A stretch of DNA of 64,000 nt from Halocafeteria seosinensis (taxonomy: Eukaryota): NCBI GenBank assembly GCA_001687465.1, contig LVLI01000146.1, forward strand, positions 62,001 to 126,000, read 5' to 3'. Position 1 is the stretch's first letter, and each line of letters starts with the position of its first letter. Below the pieces are notes generated by a model, which was given only the letters and a program-made list of their open reading frames with translations, made no database searches and had not been told where the DNA came from. A program made the translations under genes and the position numbers. This document shows positions 47,350-60,529 of the stretch, piece by piece.

Positions 47350-48226
47350 TCCCGGTTCTTCATGAAGGATCCAAGATACACCCGTTCAAGCGACCAACCA
47401 CAGTTTCAATTTGAAGTCGTAGGGCGAATATTTACACAGAAAGCAGTTCGCTGAGCCTACCGGTATACGAACCTCAGAGCATGGATGTGTGTTGTATAAG
47501 AGTTGAACGCCGTACAAGTACCAACGAAACCATTGTTCCTGTCCGTGGAATTGTCGGTGGTTTCACACTGCCGGTGGTACGGTGTCCAGGAGTGTTTGCA
47601 GCTCCGCCGGGAGCAAGCCCTCACTTTTAGAGTGCAACTGGGACCAGTAGTGCGAGCCATTCATAACCAGCAGTCGTCAACAGTTTTGTCGGGACTGTTG
47701 GTGTCCCAAGCTTCATAGCTACCACATGAAATCAGGTTAAATTACCAAGATATCGGTCTCCGAAATCCTGCCAGGTCGGTGCTCGCATATTCCGACCGAC
47801 CGTGGTGCCCGAACCGACACGCTAGTTAAACCCATGCCGACAGCAATATTGAGAAGAGAACCCTGAATTCTCCCCGAGTTTACTTACCTCTATAAGATCG
47901 TTGGACTGGTTAACACTCTACGCAGATCCGCCGTACCCAAACTACGGGGCGCAGTGCCGTAGTGTGAACCCAGGAGAAACCATAAAAGATGTCAGGTCAT
48001 TCCTGCCTATGGTTGTACGACCACGTAGTAACAAGAGCAGTAGAAGCAAGGCATAGCCAAGAAAATGACGGGAATATGCTGTGCTGAAGGGAAGGCTTTC
48101 AAGAAATAATCCGCGACAAGTCTACAAGCGAGCAAGAGTACAGACAAAGTAAGTGAGCAACTCCGTTTTCTTAGGTCTGAGGACTGGAGTATGCGCAAAT
48201 ATTTACAACATAGAAAGGAGGTAACT

Positions 48227-49216
48227 TTACAAGTAGGCTCTCATTACTATATTGTTCGCTCTTCGCTGGGCGACCTCTATGCAGGATCAGCGTGGAAATT
48301 GCCGCAATGCTTGTGGCACTCACCGGGGTGCAAAGTATTTATCGAACGCTGGACTGCTTGATGCTGTTTCTCTCGCATCAATGCCAATAGTGTCTGAGAT
48401 ATCTAGCGCTACTGTCTTCTGAGAATCAGATTCTTCGTCAACGTTCTCTTCAGTTTCGCGCACGTGTGTTGATTGGCCTAATACTCTTGCCTGCTTCGCA
48501 TCCGAGGTGGAGGTCTTCTCGCATGGAGGAGTATTGTGGCCTCGCTCGTCGGATTTTCCCGTAGGAATCTTATTTTCCAGTAATGTTCCCCATTCAATTG
48601 ACTGAGTAGTTGTAGCGTTGGTGCTCTCCGGTGTTTCCGCTCTCTTGCACGGGGGGAACTCTTCCAGTGTCACTGCAGAATCCGTTTCAGGTTTTCGAGG
48701 TATCCTAACTGTCTTTTCATGTATACATTCGAGCAGCATCTCAGCCAGTTGACCGTTGTTTGTACTTTCCGATACGTTCTTGCGCATATCGAGAAGCAAT
48801 TTGAAGTCCTCCGTTGAATACATGGAGGCTACTACTGCCCGCGTTCGAGTAGCTGGATCAGTCAACCTGCTCAAGAGTAACAGTCGTCTTAAACTGGCAT
48901 AAGACTCGTGCTTTTGACGTATCACACGAACAGTCCTAGATTTCTTTGACATCTGTTGTACCTTCAATTTGGCGCCACTGCGTGGTTTGTTCATCACTTT
49001 GCTCTTTCGTTTCGGGAAGAGCTGAACTTGATTCAGCATTTGCTGGGAACTCTCACTTAGCCCATAGCCATCGAAATTATGGTTGGTCGAGTCGCGTAAG
49101 GGCTGAGATTCTTTCCAAGGAAGTGACAAACCTGTATCTCCTCGCTGACTCGACTCTTGGGATGAATAATGAACATGCTTCCACTGTGAGAATGCTAGGG
49201 GAGAATTCTCGTCCAT
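48227..49216 (-). CDS. Hypothetical protein (~313 aa; intron 48323-48277)
   Basis: 298-aa ORF whose apparent stop lies inside a GTGAGT donor; splicing adds EVAQRRANNIVMRAYL*. SQ-rich N-terminus. Confidence 0.7.
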
Positions 49217-49674
49217 TTTCCGTCTCTAAGGGAGTGGACAGATTTTACCGCGGCTTAAACGATAAGCAGGAAGACTGAGCACTGGATAGCGGTGACTTGG
49301 TCGTGATATGTAGAAATTAGGGTTGTAGCTGCTAGACCAATGCCGCGGTTCACCACAATGCACCCCCACAGGAATTCTCGAATTACCTTCTCAGCAGAAT
49401 TCCTTTCGTTGAAATATCCAACTATCCACCATAATTTTCGCAATGGCACTGTATATAGCGAAAATACATACAAGTCTTTATCAATTGTTGACGTGAACCT
49501 GGAAAGTCACGTTCCGAACGTACAAACCAACGTATACTACGGTATAATGCGTGCAGTGAATTCAAATTTCTCCGAGCTTTGTGAAGTTGCCGCATCTACT
49601 TCAGCCTGGGCCAATACGGCTTATTTCATGGCATTATTAGTACTATCAAGGTGATCCAAGTACAATACTAGAAG

Positions 49675-52329
49675 ATGAAATACATTGTTGTCACAGGAGG
49701 AGTGATCTCCGGTCTGGGGAAAGGGTATGTGCATCAAATATAAAGCAAGGAAGACGGGAATCCCGTGTTTGAACCCACTCTTTATACAAGCTGTATACAC
49801 CTCGTTTTCTTACTTTTTTACCACAATTTTGCAGGATTTCGATCTCTAGTATCGGAGTTCTCCTGAAGCACTGTGGGCTGCGCGTCACTTCCATCAAAAT
49901 CGACCCGTATCTCAACGTGGACGCCGGCACCATGAGCCCATTTGAACACGGGGAGGTCTTCGTGTTGGCCGACGGCGGAGAGACGGATTTGGACCTCGGA
50001 AATTATGAAAGGTTTCTAGACAGTACTCTGACGAGAGACCATAATCTGACGACTGGAAAGATATACAACACGGTCATTACGTCGGAAAGGAGAGGCGACT
50101 ACCTCGGGAAAACTGTGCAAGTGATACCGCACATCACGGACGCGATACAGGATTACATTGAACGAATCAGCCATGTTCCTGTAGATAATGAACAGCTAGC
50201 TCCCGACGTATGCCTCATCGAAGTCGGAGGCACAGTCGGAGATATCGAGAGTCTAGTGTTTTTGGAAGCTCTTAGACAATTTGGCAGTAGACAAGGAAGA
50301 GACAACGTAATGTTTTTACACGTTTCATTAGTGCCCGTAATGGGGTCAGACGGGGAACAGAAAACTAAGCCAACACAGCACAGTGTAAAGGAACTTCGTA
50401 GCCTGGGAATTCACCCCGATGTCTTGATTTGCCGCTCATGTAAGTTCACCAAGATCTCAGCCAAGGTTTCTGCTGTGCAAGTAACTGTACATCGACGCGC
50501 AGCGATTTCATTATCACGCGATACCCGGGAAAAACTAGCACTGTTTTGCCAAGTTCCAACGGCAAATGTTATTTCTGTTCATGATGTCTCCAACATCTAC
50601 CGTGTTCCTCTGCTGATGCAAGAACAGGTAAGAGCTGATACCATCCACGCGAATATTTATTGCCATCACATTTCACCCCCTTTCCAGGGAGTAGCCGAGT
50701 TCATATCGAAGCAACTTGGCTTATCGCTTCCACAGCACCCGACTATGGAAACTTGGAAAAAGCTTGCTGGACTTGTGGATGACCTTGAGGAAGAGAAGGT
50801 GGTTCGTATTGCTCTCGTTGGAAAGTACACTGGGCTATCAGATGCCTACTTAAGCGTTATTAAGGTATGATTTCAATGATATGCTCATTTTTCCGATAGA
50901 GCTCCTTTAGTAAGTCTGTGTGTCGTTGCCTCAGGCTTTGAAGCACGCGTCTCTGTGGGTAAAACGAAAAGTAGAGCTAAATTGGATCGACGCGTCTCGA
51001 CTGGAAAGCAGGAGCGATGCTGACGATGCTGAAAGAGAGCGCTGCTGGGAGTCTATCAAGTCTGCTGATGGTAGGTCGTGAGCAGATTGCTAATACGATC
51101 TCTACTGCGCGAAAATACTCCGATGACGTGATTCGCAGGTATATTAGTTCCTGGAGGCTTTGGCGGTCGTGGAGTTGAGGGCAAAATAGCCGCCATTCGC
51201 TATGCACGGGAAAAGAAAATCCCATTCCTGGGAATATGTCTAGGAATGCAGTGTGCCGTGATCGAATACGCTAGGTGCGTATCTCGCGTGATGGGCTGGT
51301 CGGTTTGACACTCGCATATGCTATTCGGCTCCTATTTGTGCAGGAATGTACTCGGTCTTGACGATGCCCACAGCAACGAGTTCGATCCCGCTGTAGAAAA
51401 CCCAGTGATCATTTTTATGCCAGAAATTAATCCCGGGCAGATGGGAGGTACCATGCGTTTAGGATTACGTCCCACAGTCCTTCAGTATGTCCAAAGTTTG
51501 TTTCTTGAACATGGTAGAAGCGTCACTGGACGTGCTACTTGGCTACAGTGCAAGGCGAGATGGACAAGAGACATTGACTAGCAGCCTGTACGGAAATAAA
51601 AAGGCGGTGTTAGAGCGGCATAGACACCGATACGAGGTTAACCCGGAGTATGTACCGAGAATTCAAGTACGTTCCAAATGATTACAGTCGGTTTCTGTGT
51701 TAACTAAAGTAATGGTGCTTCAGGAGCAAGGACTGAACTTTGTAGGAACAGATGAGCGACAGCAGCGGATGGAAATCGTTGAGCTCGATATGTCAGTGCA
51801 CCCTTTCTTTTGGGGATGCCAATATCATCCGGAATTCCTGAGTCACCCTTATCGACCTAGTCCTCCTTTCCTAGGTTTTATTTTGGCCTCAGCTGGCATT
51901 GAGGATCGTACGAGTCAGAGTATAGCGGCAAAGATCAGTAAGGCCACCGCTGGAAGTAGATATTTCTCTGAGGCATTTATTGAGAAATGCTTCGCTGATT
52001 TTGTGCTCGGAGAAAAAGAAGAAGAGGTATCCGAGTGGGAAACCGAATTTGCTGACACAGGTCGGGAAGGCGCTGCCTCCCCGGTGTCTGTCGGAGACGG
52101 ACCCATGTCTTCAAAGCCTTGGGCTTCAGGAAGCTCGTCTTCTCCGGCGCGAAAATCTAACCCTCCAAAGCGAAAATCATCGGAGGACCATACAAGACGA
52201 GAAAGCTCGGGAAGAACTGCTGAGCTACATTTCACGACGGAAGCTCAACTTGCTCAGGAAGTATCGACCGGCAGAGTGAACTCTCCTGCTGTCAAAATGT
52301 TCTCCTATGGTACACATCCTAAAGAGTGA
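49675..52329 (+). CDS. CTPS: CTP synthase, multi-exon
   Basis: [84 protein letters not shown]. Confidence 0.98.
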
Positions 52330-52375
52330 AACCAACATAGTCAGTCAAGAAATCTCATGTTTATTCTTTTTAAGT

Positions 52376-53271
52376 TTACTGCTTTCCCTTGTTCCACTCT
52401 TCTCTCGGGATAAACTTGAGCGCTGCTGAGTTAATGCAGTAGCGGGGCTTTCCTCCTGGCCCATCATCGAAGACTGTATTGCAAGCGAAACGGAAAAGTA
52501 GTGATAATGACATGATGCCGGCCTTGAATCAGTTTTTCTATACGTACCGTGACCAAGATGAGCTTCACTCTTGGCGTCAAGAACTTCCGTTCGTTTCATA
52601 CCTGCATTCCGAATTCCACATCAGAGCGATCGTCAATTCCTGTGTTTCGAAGCGATTCGTACCTAGTGATACATCCGTCTTCTCTTCCACATGATCTTTA
52701 TCATAGGGTTCCTGCGAGAATAATGTCCAGAACTTGGTCCCTAATTTAGACACGAACTTGCTTCTAGACTTACGGTGAACGAAGGCCACCCCGTGCCGGA
52801 ATCGAATTTGGTTTTCGAGTCAAATAGCGGTAGTCCGCTGATAGCCGATACGTACACGCCATCCTGATGGTTATCCCAGTATTTCCCCTGCAAGAACGTC
52901 AGAATAGCCATTTCAAACAAAGCACCTCCAAGCCTAGGAGTCCAGAGGGCAAGGAAGCCAAAGCCACCTACCGAAAATGGTCGTTCAGTTCCCGATTCCA
53001 GTGTTATATGTCGTTGTTCAGGTTCCAATGTTTTCGCCACTTGTTCGATCTCCTCCTTCGACATGGGTTCGACGTTGAATCCGGACTCTGAAACGGACTT
53101 GGAACTCATTGTTCGATGGCTCTGCTGCGCAATGGTGGCCGCCGAGGAACTCAATGCTGCTGAAGCTGAAGTCTGCCGCAAGGGACCGTAGAAATGGTGA
53201 TAAACGATGAAACTCGCCAGAAGTGGACCAAGAGCAACTATTATCAAGAAACCTCGACGTTGGAAAAACAT
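52376..53271 (-). CDS. MSRB: Peptide methionine-R-sulfoxide reductase MsrB with N-terminal signal/anchor, multi-exon
   Basis: [35 protein letters not shown]...[21 protein letters not shown]; stop TAA at 52376-52378. Confidence 0.96.
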
Positions 53272-53466
53272 CGAAAATTAGGCCCCCGAAAGAATATTGA
53301 ACACCACTTACAAACACGTCAGACGAAGAACTACAGAGTTCTGGAGCACAAATGCGACGGTTGGAGTGTCGTAAAGCCACACTCACAACACGGCGGAGCA
53401 GCATTTCAATAGTGGAACAAAAGGACGACGCTGGAACTGGCGTGTGTATCGACACACAATTGTGTA

Positions 53467-56323
53467 TTAACTCTGGTGGGACAGACCGTGGGGTTGAACT
53501 ACCGCTCGAAGATTGTCGAGTTGAGTTGACTCATGGCATCGAGCGCCTGCGAAGTCATAACATTTATCGAAGAATTCATTCACATCCAAATAAGCTTGAC
53601 GCGCAATTTTTTGAGAGTCTGTCATCTCTTTTGTAGATTCCTGACTTTGCGACGAGGTGCTGTCGCCGGCATCTTCTTTATTTTCGGATTCTGAAGCCAA
53701 CCAGTTGAAAGTTGTATCCTTACTTTTTTCCTTATCCAGCAAGTCTTTTACATAGCGAGTAATCGAGATACTTGCTACTTCAATGCAGCATAAGCTAAAC
53801 AGTTCAAAACTAGTACTAGATGACTCATTACTCGATTGTATCGACGGGAGCAGGTGAGCGTAAGGCTTGAGCTCCCCTAAAGGTTTCAGCAAGGACCCTA
53901 CTTCCTCAGAAGCCTCGACAGGCGCCGTTTTCCCTCTCATTCTGTATCGAGCTGGCAAGCCTTTGACTAATTCTTTCCATCCCCGAGAAATCCTATAAGC
54001 TGTCTGGACGATTGGAACCGTAAGCATCGGTACCACATATCCTGCTAGTGCGGAAGCGCACATGTCGAACGCCAATCGACATTTCTCATGAAACGAAGAT
54101 ATATCATGTAGACAATCGTCGATACTAGTTTCATCAGAACCACTGTCCGGCGGAATACAAACTTGCCAGTCTGCCGTCACGTTCTGTACATGGGGCAATA
54201 TAACACTTTGCAGAAAACTACCCAGATACTGCAGGTCTCGACTAAAACCAAGGTAAAATGAAAGACTATAATTCTGCTGCCAATTGTTTTGATCCTCTTC
54301 GTCCACGCCAGCTGGAATTTTGGGAATATCGTATTGATTCGAACCCATCAACACAGTCTGATATTGCCGCAGAATATCTACAGCTTCAGTGACGAAATTG
54401 GAGGAAGATCCGTCACTCACATCTGCCAAGCAGTCCCTGTTCATTCTAAGCAAGTGCTTTCCGCAATCGGTGGAGCTCTTTCCAGGAGCTACAATTCCTG
54501 CCTCGGCCCATAAGCAAGTGCGCATAATTGCTTGACAGCTGAATGTCAACAGCTTGGAAGCGATTGGGGGCATCACCTGGTCGCGTCTCCAAGTTTTGGC
54601 TAAAAGAGTCACGATAGGGACTGCTGCTTCAGTTTGAAGGTAAAACCTTGAGTTAAGCTCAGGACTAATATGATTCTCGGCACATATCGTATTCAGCGTT
54701 TCTGTGTCCCCTGGTAGCTCAGTCTCTAAGTCGCATGATAACGTAGCAGATTTCAATTCAATATCTAGCTCTGACGAGAGATCAGAAGCCCGAATCCGGA
54801 AATATATTGGCGCCGACTTACGCCAGAACTGGGCTATCATGCGCGTGGCTTTGTGGTTGAGTAGTCGTGGCACGGAAGGCAAGCAACTCTTACGGGCGAC
54901 AGTTAATAAGCGCCTGAAGAAATACGAAATGCCCCAATAACCATTCTCAAAAGCAGTAGAGTCAGTGGCTGCAAATAGGCCGGGAGCGGTCTGGTCTTCT
55001 TCCGGCTGAGAAGAGCGCAAGGGAACTCCAAGCTGTTCCATGGTGGCCTGCCAGACACAATTCACCAGGAAATCGACATTTGAACACGACGCCGCCGCTT
55101 CGATTATTACTTCCCAATCATTTTCAACTTTGTCCCCCAACTCCCCAAGCAATTCTCGAAGATTACTAAATGAGCCTCTCGTATCTCCGTCCACTCTGCC
55201 TGTACTAAGTCTGTTAGATATTTCAGGATATACGATCGCATCGTCCAGTATCTGTTCTGTCTCTCTGAACTTATGTAGGGATTCCATGCAAGAAAAACAT
55301 ATCTCTAGGCCATCACGTAGAGTTTCACGAGTGAAACTCTTCTTACTACTTGTTTCCAATGAGGCCAGCAATGCCGTAAGTATCGATTGACACGCCCGGT
55401 ATAGCCTGTCAGATAACTCTTCCTTCTTTGGATTCAGTTTTGTGAAGAAAGGGGTTTTTTCCCTTCCCCTCCTATACTTCATATACTGCTGCAACCGTTT
55501 TACACAGCGTTGTATCAACTGGAAACACGCGTTAACCGTGACGAGGGATAGGTCTGTATCATTACTGTCGCTTGCGTCTTGATCCTCATCCTGTGGTGCT
55601 GCATCTGTTTCACCTTTAGTATCATTCAGATCCTGCAAATACTTCTCCAAAACAGGAAGGCTCTCTTCCATCACGCTGATACATTCCCTCGAGTATTTTA
55701 AATGCCCTAGAGTTTTCAGTTTCTCCTTATAAGCTTTCCTCTCCTGTTGAAGCCTTTCAAGGTCCGAGTACTTCTGAAACGCGGCATCACATAGTTGCTT
55801 TAGCCGAGTCTTCAGATCATCTAATGGCTGCTTGAGATAATTGACATCATCGCTGGCATGTTCCAGTTTCTGAGCCACGTTGAGGAAATGTGAGTAGTCT
55901 TCGTTGATGACCCGAACAAGCTGCAAACCACCACCGTTGGGAGGACGACAGTATCTTTGATATAGCACATAAAATAATCATATGCTTTTCAGCAAAATAG
56001 CGTACCTCTGGCGGCAAATCTTCCAATAGCGTTTGTACAATGGATCGAATTTCATGGAGTGATCGTTTCTCAGCCTCTTTTTCGATGAATGAATCCACCG
56101 AAAATCCTATTTCCTCTTCACCAGAGTGATTGGTATCTTGTCTAGTTTTGGAATATCCCTGCAGAAAGCCATGAGATGAGGTAGCGGCATCGTCCGAGGA
56201 TGGTTTGTCACGAGCCGTGTAGCGGCGTTCATATCCCCGGCTGTGGGCTCCTTTGGAGAAGGCTTGTCGAAACTCCAGAATCGCTCGCTGGTACTCTTTC
56301 CGCCTATCCTCTGCGCCGTTCAT
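53467..56323 (-). CDS. COG2: Conserved oligomeric Golgi complex subunit 2 (intron 56005-55921)
   Basis: FSVDSFI, L(V)RVINEDYSHFLNV, DFLVNCVW, LPARYRMRGKTAPVEAS..V..LLKPL, MTDSQKIARQAYLDV. Confidence 0.88.
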
Positions 56324-57607
56324 TTCTCTATACTGCAACACTGTAGGACCACATAAAATCGAAGAGGAAAGCCCCCAGACAACCTCCTAAATACTGCGAC
56401 TCTGGGCCAAGATGAAGCCTGTAACACGACAATCTTTTCATCGACTGTCCGAGCTTCACAAACTCTGACGTGTCCAGGGGTTTCGCACCGAAATTTCGGC
56501 CCAAAAACCCGGCGGCCGGGCTTCAACGTTGTAAGTGACACCGTCGCGAACTTCAAATACACAGCGTGGAAGGCGTACAACACCATCAAATAAGTGAATT
56601 GTCCTATGCATAGTATCTGATCATAGTGCCTATACGATTGAGAACTGCTTGGAAGGTAGTCTGGTACTCCAGCGGTGGATACATCCCAACAAAATACCCA
56701 GAAACAGAGCCCAGGGAATCTGGTGTCACTCTGTATGGTGTTTTCGACCCTGTATAGATAGCGAAAGAGGAGGTATATTTGAACATTTTGGGGACAATGT
56801 ATTTCCTTTGAAGGTAAGTTAACGTGTGCAATAATTTCCTGTCCATTGACGTCCGAGATCCCTCAATAATGAACCATTTGGGAGTGAGACGGGCGTTAGC
56901 CATTCTCACCTTTCTCACTCCCGCAACCGGAATTTTACCCTCCATGCAAGGAAATGGTGCGCGATACCTAGGCAACTGTTCAGAGCAGGAGGACAGCTGG
57001 TTAGAGACGTATATTGTTTAATTCGGAGAATTGAAGATTAGAAGCGAACCTCGTCCTCGTTCAGGCGAGTGACGAGTCTCCGAGGGAGATTGACTCACCT
57101 CTTCAAGCCGGGGTGTGTTCTTGGTGTTCTCCATAGTGGTACTCCATAGTGGTACGGTATCAGATTACTGGTAATATGAGCGTATTGGTGCGATAGTTTT
57201 GCATACCGTGACAATATCGCATGGTATTCTCCGCTCTGTACTTCGCCGAGGCTTTGTGAACATGGGGGCAATGAGGGTGAGGTGAGCCCGTGAGCCAATA
57301 CAGCTCATGAGCTTAGGAGAGGGGTGATGAGGCAGTTAAGATTGCTGAAGAGTAGTGAATAGTAGGGTGAAAAGTTGTTTCACCGGAAAGATATAGTGTG
57401 GTGGTCTTTTAGAATTTGTTCATCAAGGTGCTCATCTGACACCTGCCTGCATGTTCGATGTGTTGTCCTCTTTTGATTCGCAGCTTCGCGAGGATAACGT
57501 CGTGTGTTACCGTGGGAAATTAATCACCTGACTGATATTCACGAGACCTGCTTGACAATCTTAGGTGGCCAAAACATCTGAATTCAGCAGCTTCACTGTG
57601 ACAAATT

Positions 57608-58472
57608 ATGTCTAGCCTTACGTTTGAAAAAGAGAGTGTCAGCGAGCAGCAAACACCACAGGCTTCCTTGCTCTCATCTTCTCTAACTGGGTTAGGAAGT
57701 CAAAGGTTGGTAGAATCCATAGAGTCGTCCATATACCGTCTCAAGATATGTCGTTTTGGTTCTTGTTCTATGAATTTCAGGGCGACTTCTCCACAAGCTA
57801 CCCATGGGTCGTACTCCACCTATCCGGCAACCAATGCTCAGGTGAATCACTCGAGAATTGAGACGAAGCCTACCTTTGATGGATATACGGTAAGTTCTAT
57901 TTGTCTAATGCCGATAATTGATGAGATACTATTTACCTAGTGGTTGGCATGTGTTTTCGCTTCCAGGCCCAACAAGTAGTGAAATGTTGTCTGAGAATGG
58001 CCTCTAAAGAGGGGTTGCGTGAAATATCCCAAAATGTACGTATATTCGAATGTCTATAATGGAAATTTGGGTACTTAGTTATGACGTGGTACTTCATATA
58101 TTCCTTGCAGACGGATGATTACGAAGTTCGAGTTGGAAACGATGATGGTTCTGTAGACACTGACTTTCCAGGTGAGTAGACGCATATGACGTGCTGTGCA
58201 ATGTTTATGTAATGCATCTAGAATGTTTTCTCGTGGTTCGAGTAACTGCAGAACTCGATCTAAATGTACCTATTACATCTGTCGGGGTTACCCAGTTCGT
58301 ATTATGCCGAACTGGAACAGAGCAGCCGGTATTAAGGATCGCTTTACCCGAAAAGCAGATTAGGCATCATGCCTGCGAGTCCGATAGCGACTTAAGTGTG
58401 ACATGCTATTCATGCGACTCAAATCGCAACTACGCATTCAGCGTTAAATTAAGTAGCACAAATATGGAATAA
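57608..58472 (+). CDS. Small SIN1/Avo1 CRIM-domain-like protein, 5 exons (introns 57706-57780, 57890-57966, 58036-58110, 58172-58251)
   Basis: Four canonical 75-80 nt GT-AG introns give one reading frame containing YTAQQVVKCCL...DDYEVRVGNDDGSVDTDFPELDLNVPITSVGVTQFVLC. Confidence 0.75.
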
Positions 58473-58910
58473 TGATAAGGATCCAAGTTTTTTTTTCTTG
58501 GCAATGAGGCGCAAGGGTTTAGAAGTAACGATGATCTGAAAATCCTCTGAATTTGTAGTGAACTATATTGACCGAAGAATATAGAACTTAAATTATGTTA
58601 TATGGAAGAAATCTTTTGGCTTCTATCTTTATTCCACTCTAACTTCATCTTTACAGATAGGGAGTTATCGTCCCGCATCAACTTGAATTCTCTGCTTCCA
58701 GTCTAGATAGGTTCAAATTCTTCAATTCCACCAAGAGATGCTAGGAAGACAAGAAGGGTGATAATTCTTTTCATAGGTATACAAATAAGTATTGAAACTC
58801 TAATAATATGAAAATTACATAAATACTGGTAATAGTTAGTTAAAATGTCATGCACACACAGCAAGAACAAAAAGGAATTCTAGGTTCTTGAGCCGACGCT
58901 TGCAACCACC

Positions 58911-60179
58911 ATGAACACCCCTTCTACGCGCCAAGATCGTCAAGCTTGGTGTAGCGGTGCTCGAAAATTGTGGCAATCCCCTACACCTCCAACTTACAGT
59001 GGAAATACCTCAGCCTCGTACTCATCTTCCTCAGCCACGGGAACGAAAAGAATTCAAAATCCCTCCGCCTCCAAATTCGAGGAACTAAAGAGGCAAAATA
59101 AGGTGCTAGCCTCGTTCAATGTGCGTCTTTTGACCTTTCATTGAGTATAGAAGATGATTGGGATTATATCCGTGTGATCATGTGGTACGTTGCAGAGCCA
59201 GCTACAGAAAACAGCGTATTTGACTAAAAAGAAGAATGTGGACCTCTACGCGGAGACAGTGAGACTAAAAGAGCTATTAGTAAGCATTTCAGAGTAAATT
59301 TGCTGTTTCAGAGGCCGTCTATCAACGGATCCCCTAATCGTAATGGAATTTGCAGATTGCTGCAAAACAGGAACTTGATACAGGAGCGAACCAGCTATAT
59401 CAGCTTCAAGCACCCAGCAGGAATCCCAGTGTTGTGGATCATGAGTACTTTCGTACTGGAATAAGTAAACCTGAATTGCCAGAAGAGAAACTTCCCATTG
59501 TCGACGAAGCAGCTGATGGTCGAGAAGATGATGAGGAAAGCGTCGCTTCTCAAGGAGGGTCCAGAAGATGTAGTTCTCGGGGACAGCGCAAACGTGCTGG
59601 CAAACAAGAAAGAGCCAATCCGCCTACAAAGAAACACGATAAAGGTAGCGACAAAAGAAACACTAACAGAAGAAATAAACCAAAATCAAAGGAAACAAGT
59701 GAGTGTCGCCATGGACCAAGCTGCCTCCAGTCCTTCTTTGCAAACTCACTGTCTTTACAGAGAAGTCCCAGAACGACTCTCCAGGTATCAGGCCGAAAAG
59801 GAGGTCAAAGAGACTATCGCAACAGGAAACAGTAGACACGGGGACTGCAGCTGCTTCCCATACAGAGACAGGTGGTGATACTACCGCTGGCACTCTTACG
59901 GAAGGAACATTGGTACAATCCGCGAAACCGATCGTAGACACTGAGAATCTTGCTCCAGAAGACGACAAGGATCACACTCCACCATCGTACAGGAAGTTGT
60001 CTTCCTCAACTCATCGCAAGGGAGCTGTACTGGAGGAGAACTCGCAAGAGAACTGGCCTTCTCTTGAAACACATCAGTCCAAAGATTCGAAGTACCTGCA
60101 CACGCTGCGCCCTGCCAGACGAGAGTTCGGAGGCTTTGGCAGTTCATCCCGATCGGGAAGTGGGGTTGACTGGTGCTGA
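58911..60179 (+). CDS. Hypothetical protein with N-terminal coiled coil and disordered basic tail, 4 exons
   Basis: Introns 59103-59195, 59280-59355 and 59699-59760 keep the frame: SKFEELKRQNK|SQLQK...RLKELL|IAAKQE...KET|KKSQ...GVDWC*. Confidence 0.65.
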
Positions 60180-60529
60180 CGCAGTCTAAGAGGAACAAAA
60201 CGTTGAAAAATAATGGTAGAAAAGCCATTTAGCATTGGTTTCGCTTAAGCATCCCCACTGCATCGGCACTGCAGGAGGTCGGGTTGAAGTTATGGAACAC
60301 CACCGTAGCATTTTACGTTGCTATAAGGTCTTTACACAGGATAAAGACACTACATATGGATACTCCGAGGGTTTGTTAGTTTACTGTTAGTTTTTAGACA
60401 AGCAACGAATACTGAACACCATCTGAACGCTCTACGCTGCCTGTGAGAGAGCTCCACTTGGAAAACACAGTGCCCATCCCTTTTACTTATTTTGGTAGGT
60501 GCCTCTCCTGGTGTCTTTCGTGCAGGATC

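Noticed and set aside
47880..48010. TACTTACCT resembling the U1 snRNA 5' end
   Set aside because: No U1 stem-loops or Sm site recognised downstream; the motif is also just the reverse complement of a splice donor.
52376..52760. Selenocysteine in MsrB
   Set aside because: The apparent in-frame stops lie in introns or other frames, and the catalytic codon is TGC.
58911..60179. Shugoshin-like layout (LKRQNK coiled coil, basic tail)
   Set aside because: No convincing SGO motif (Y-x-EP-x-L-x-x-K-L-R-R), so it is left as hypothetical.
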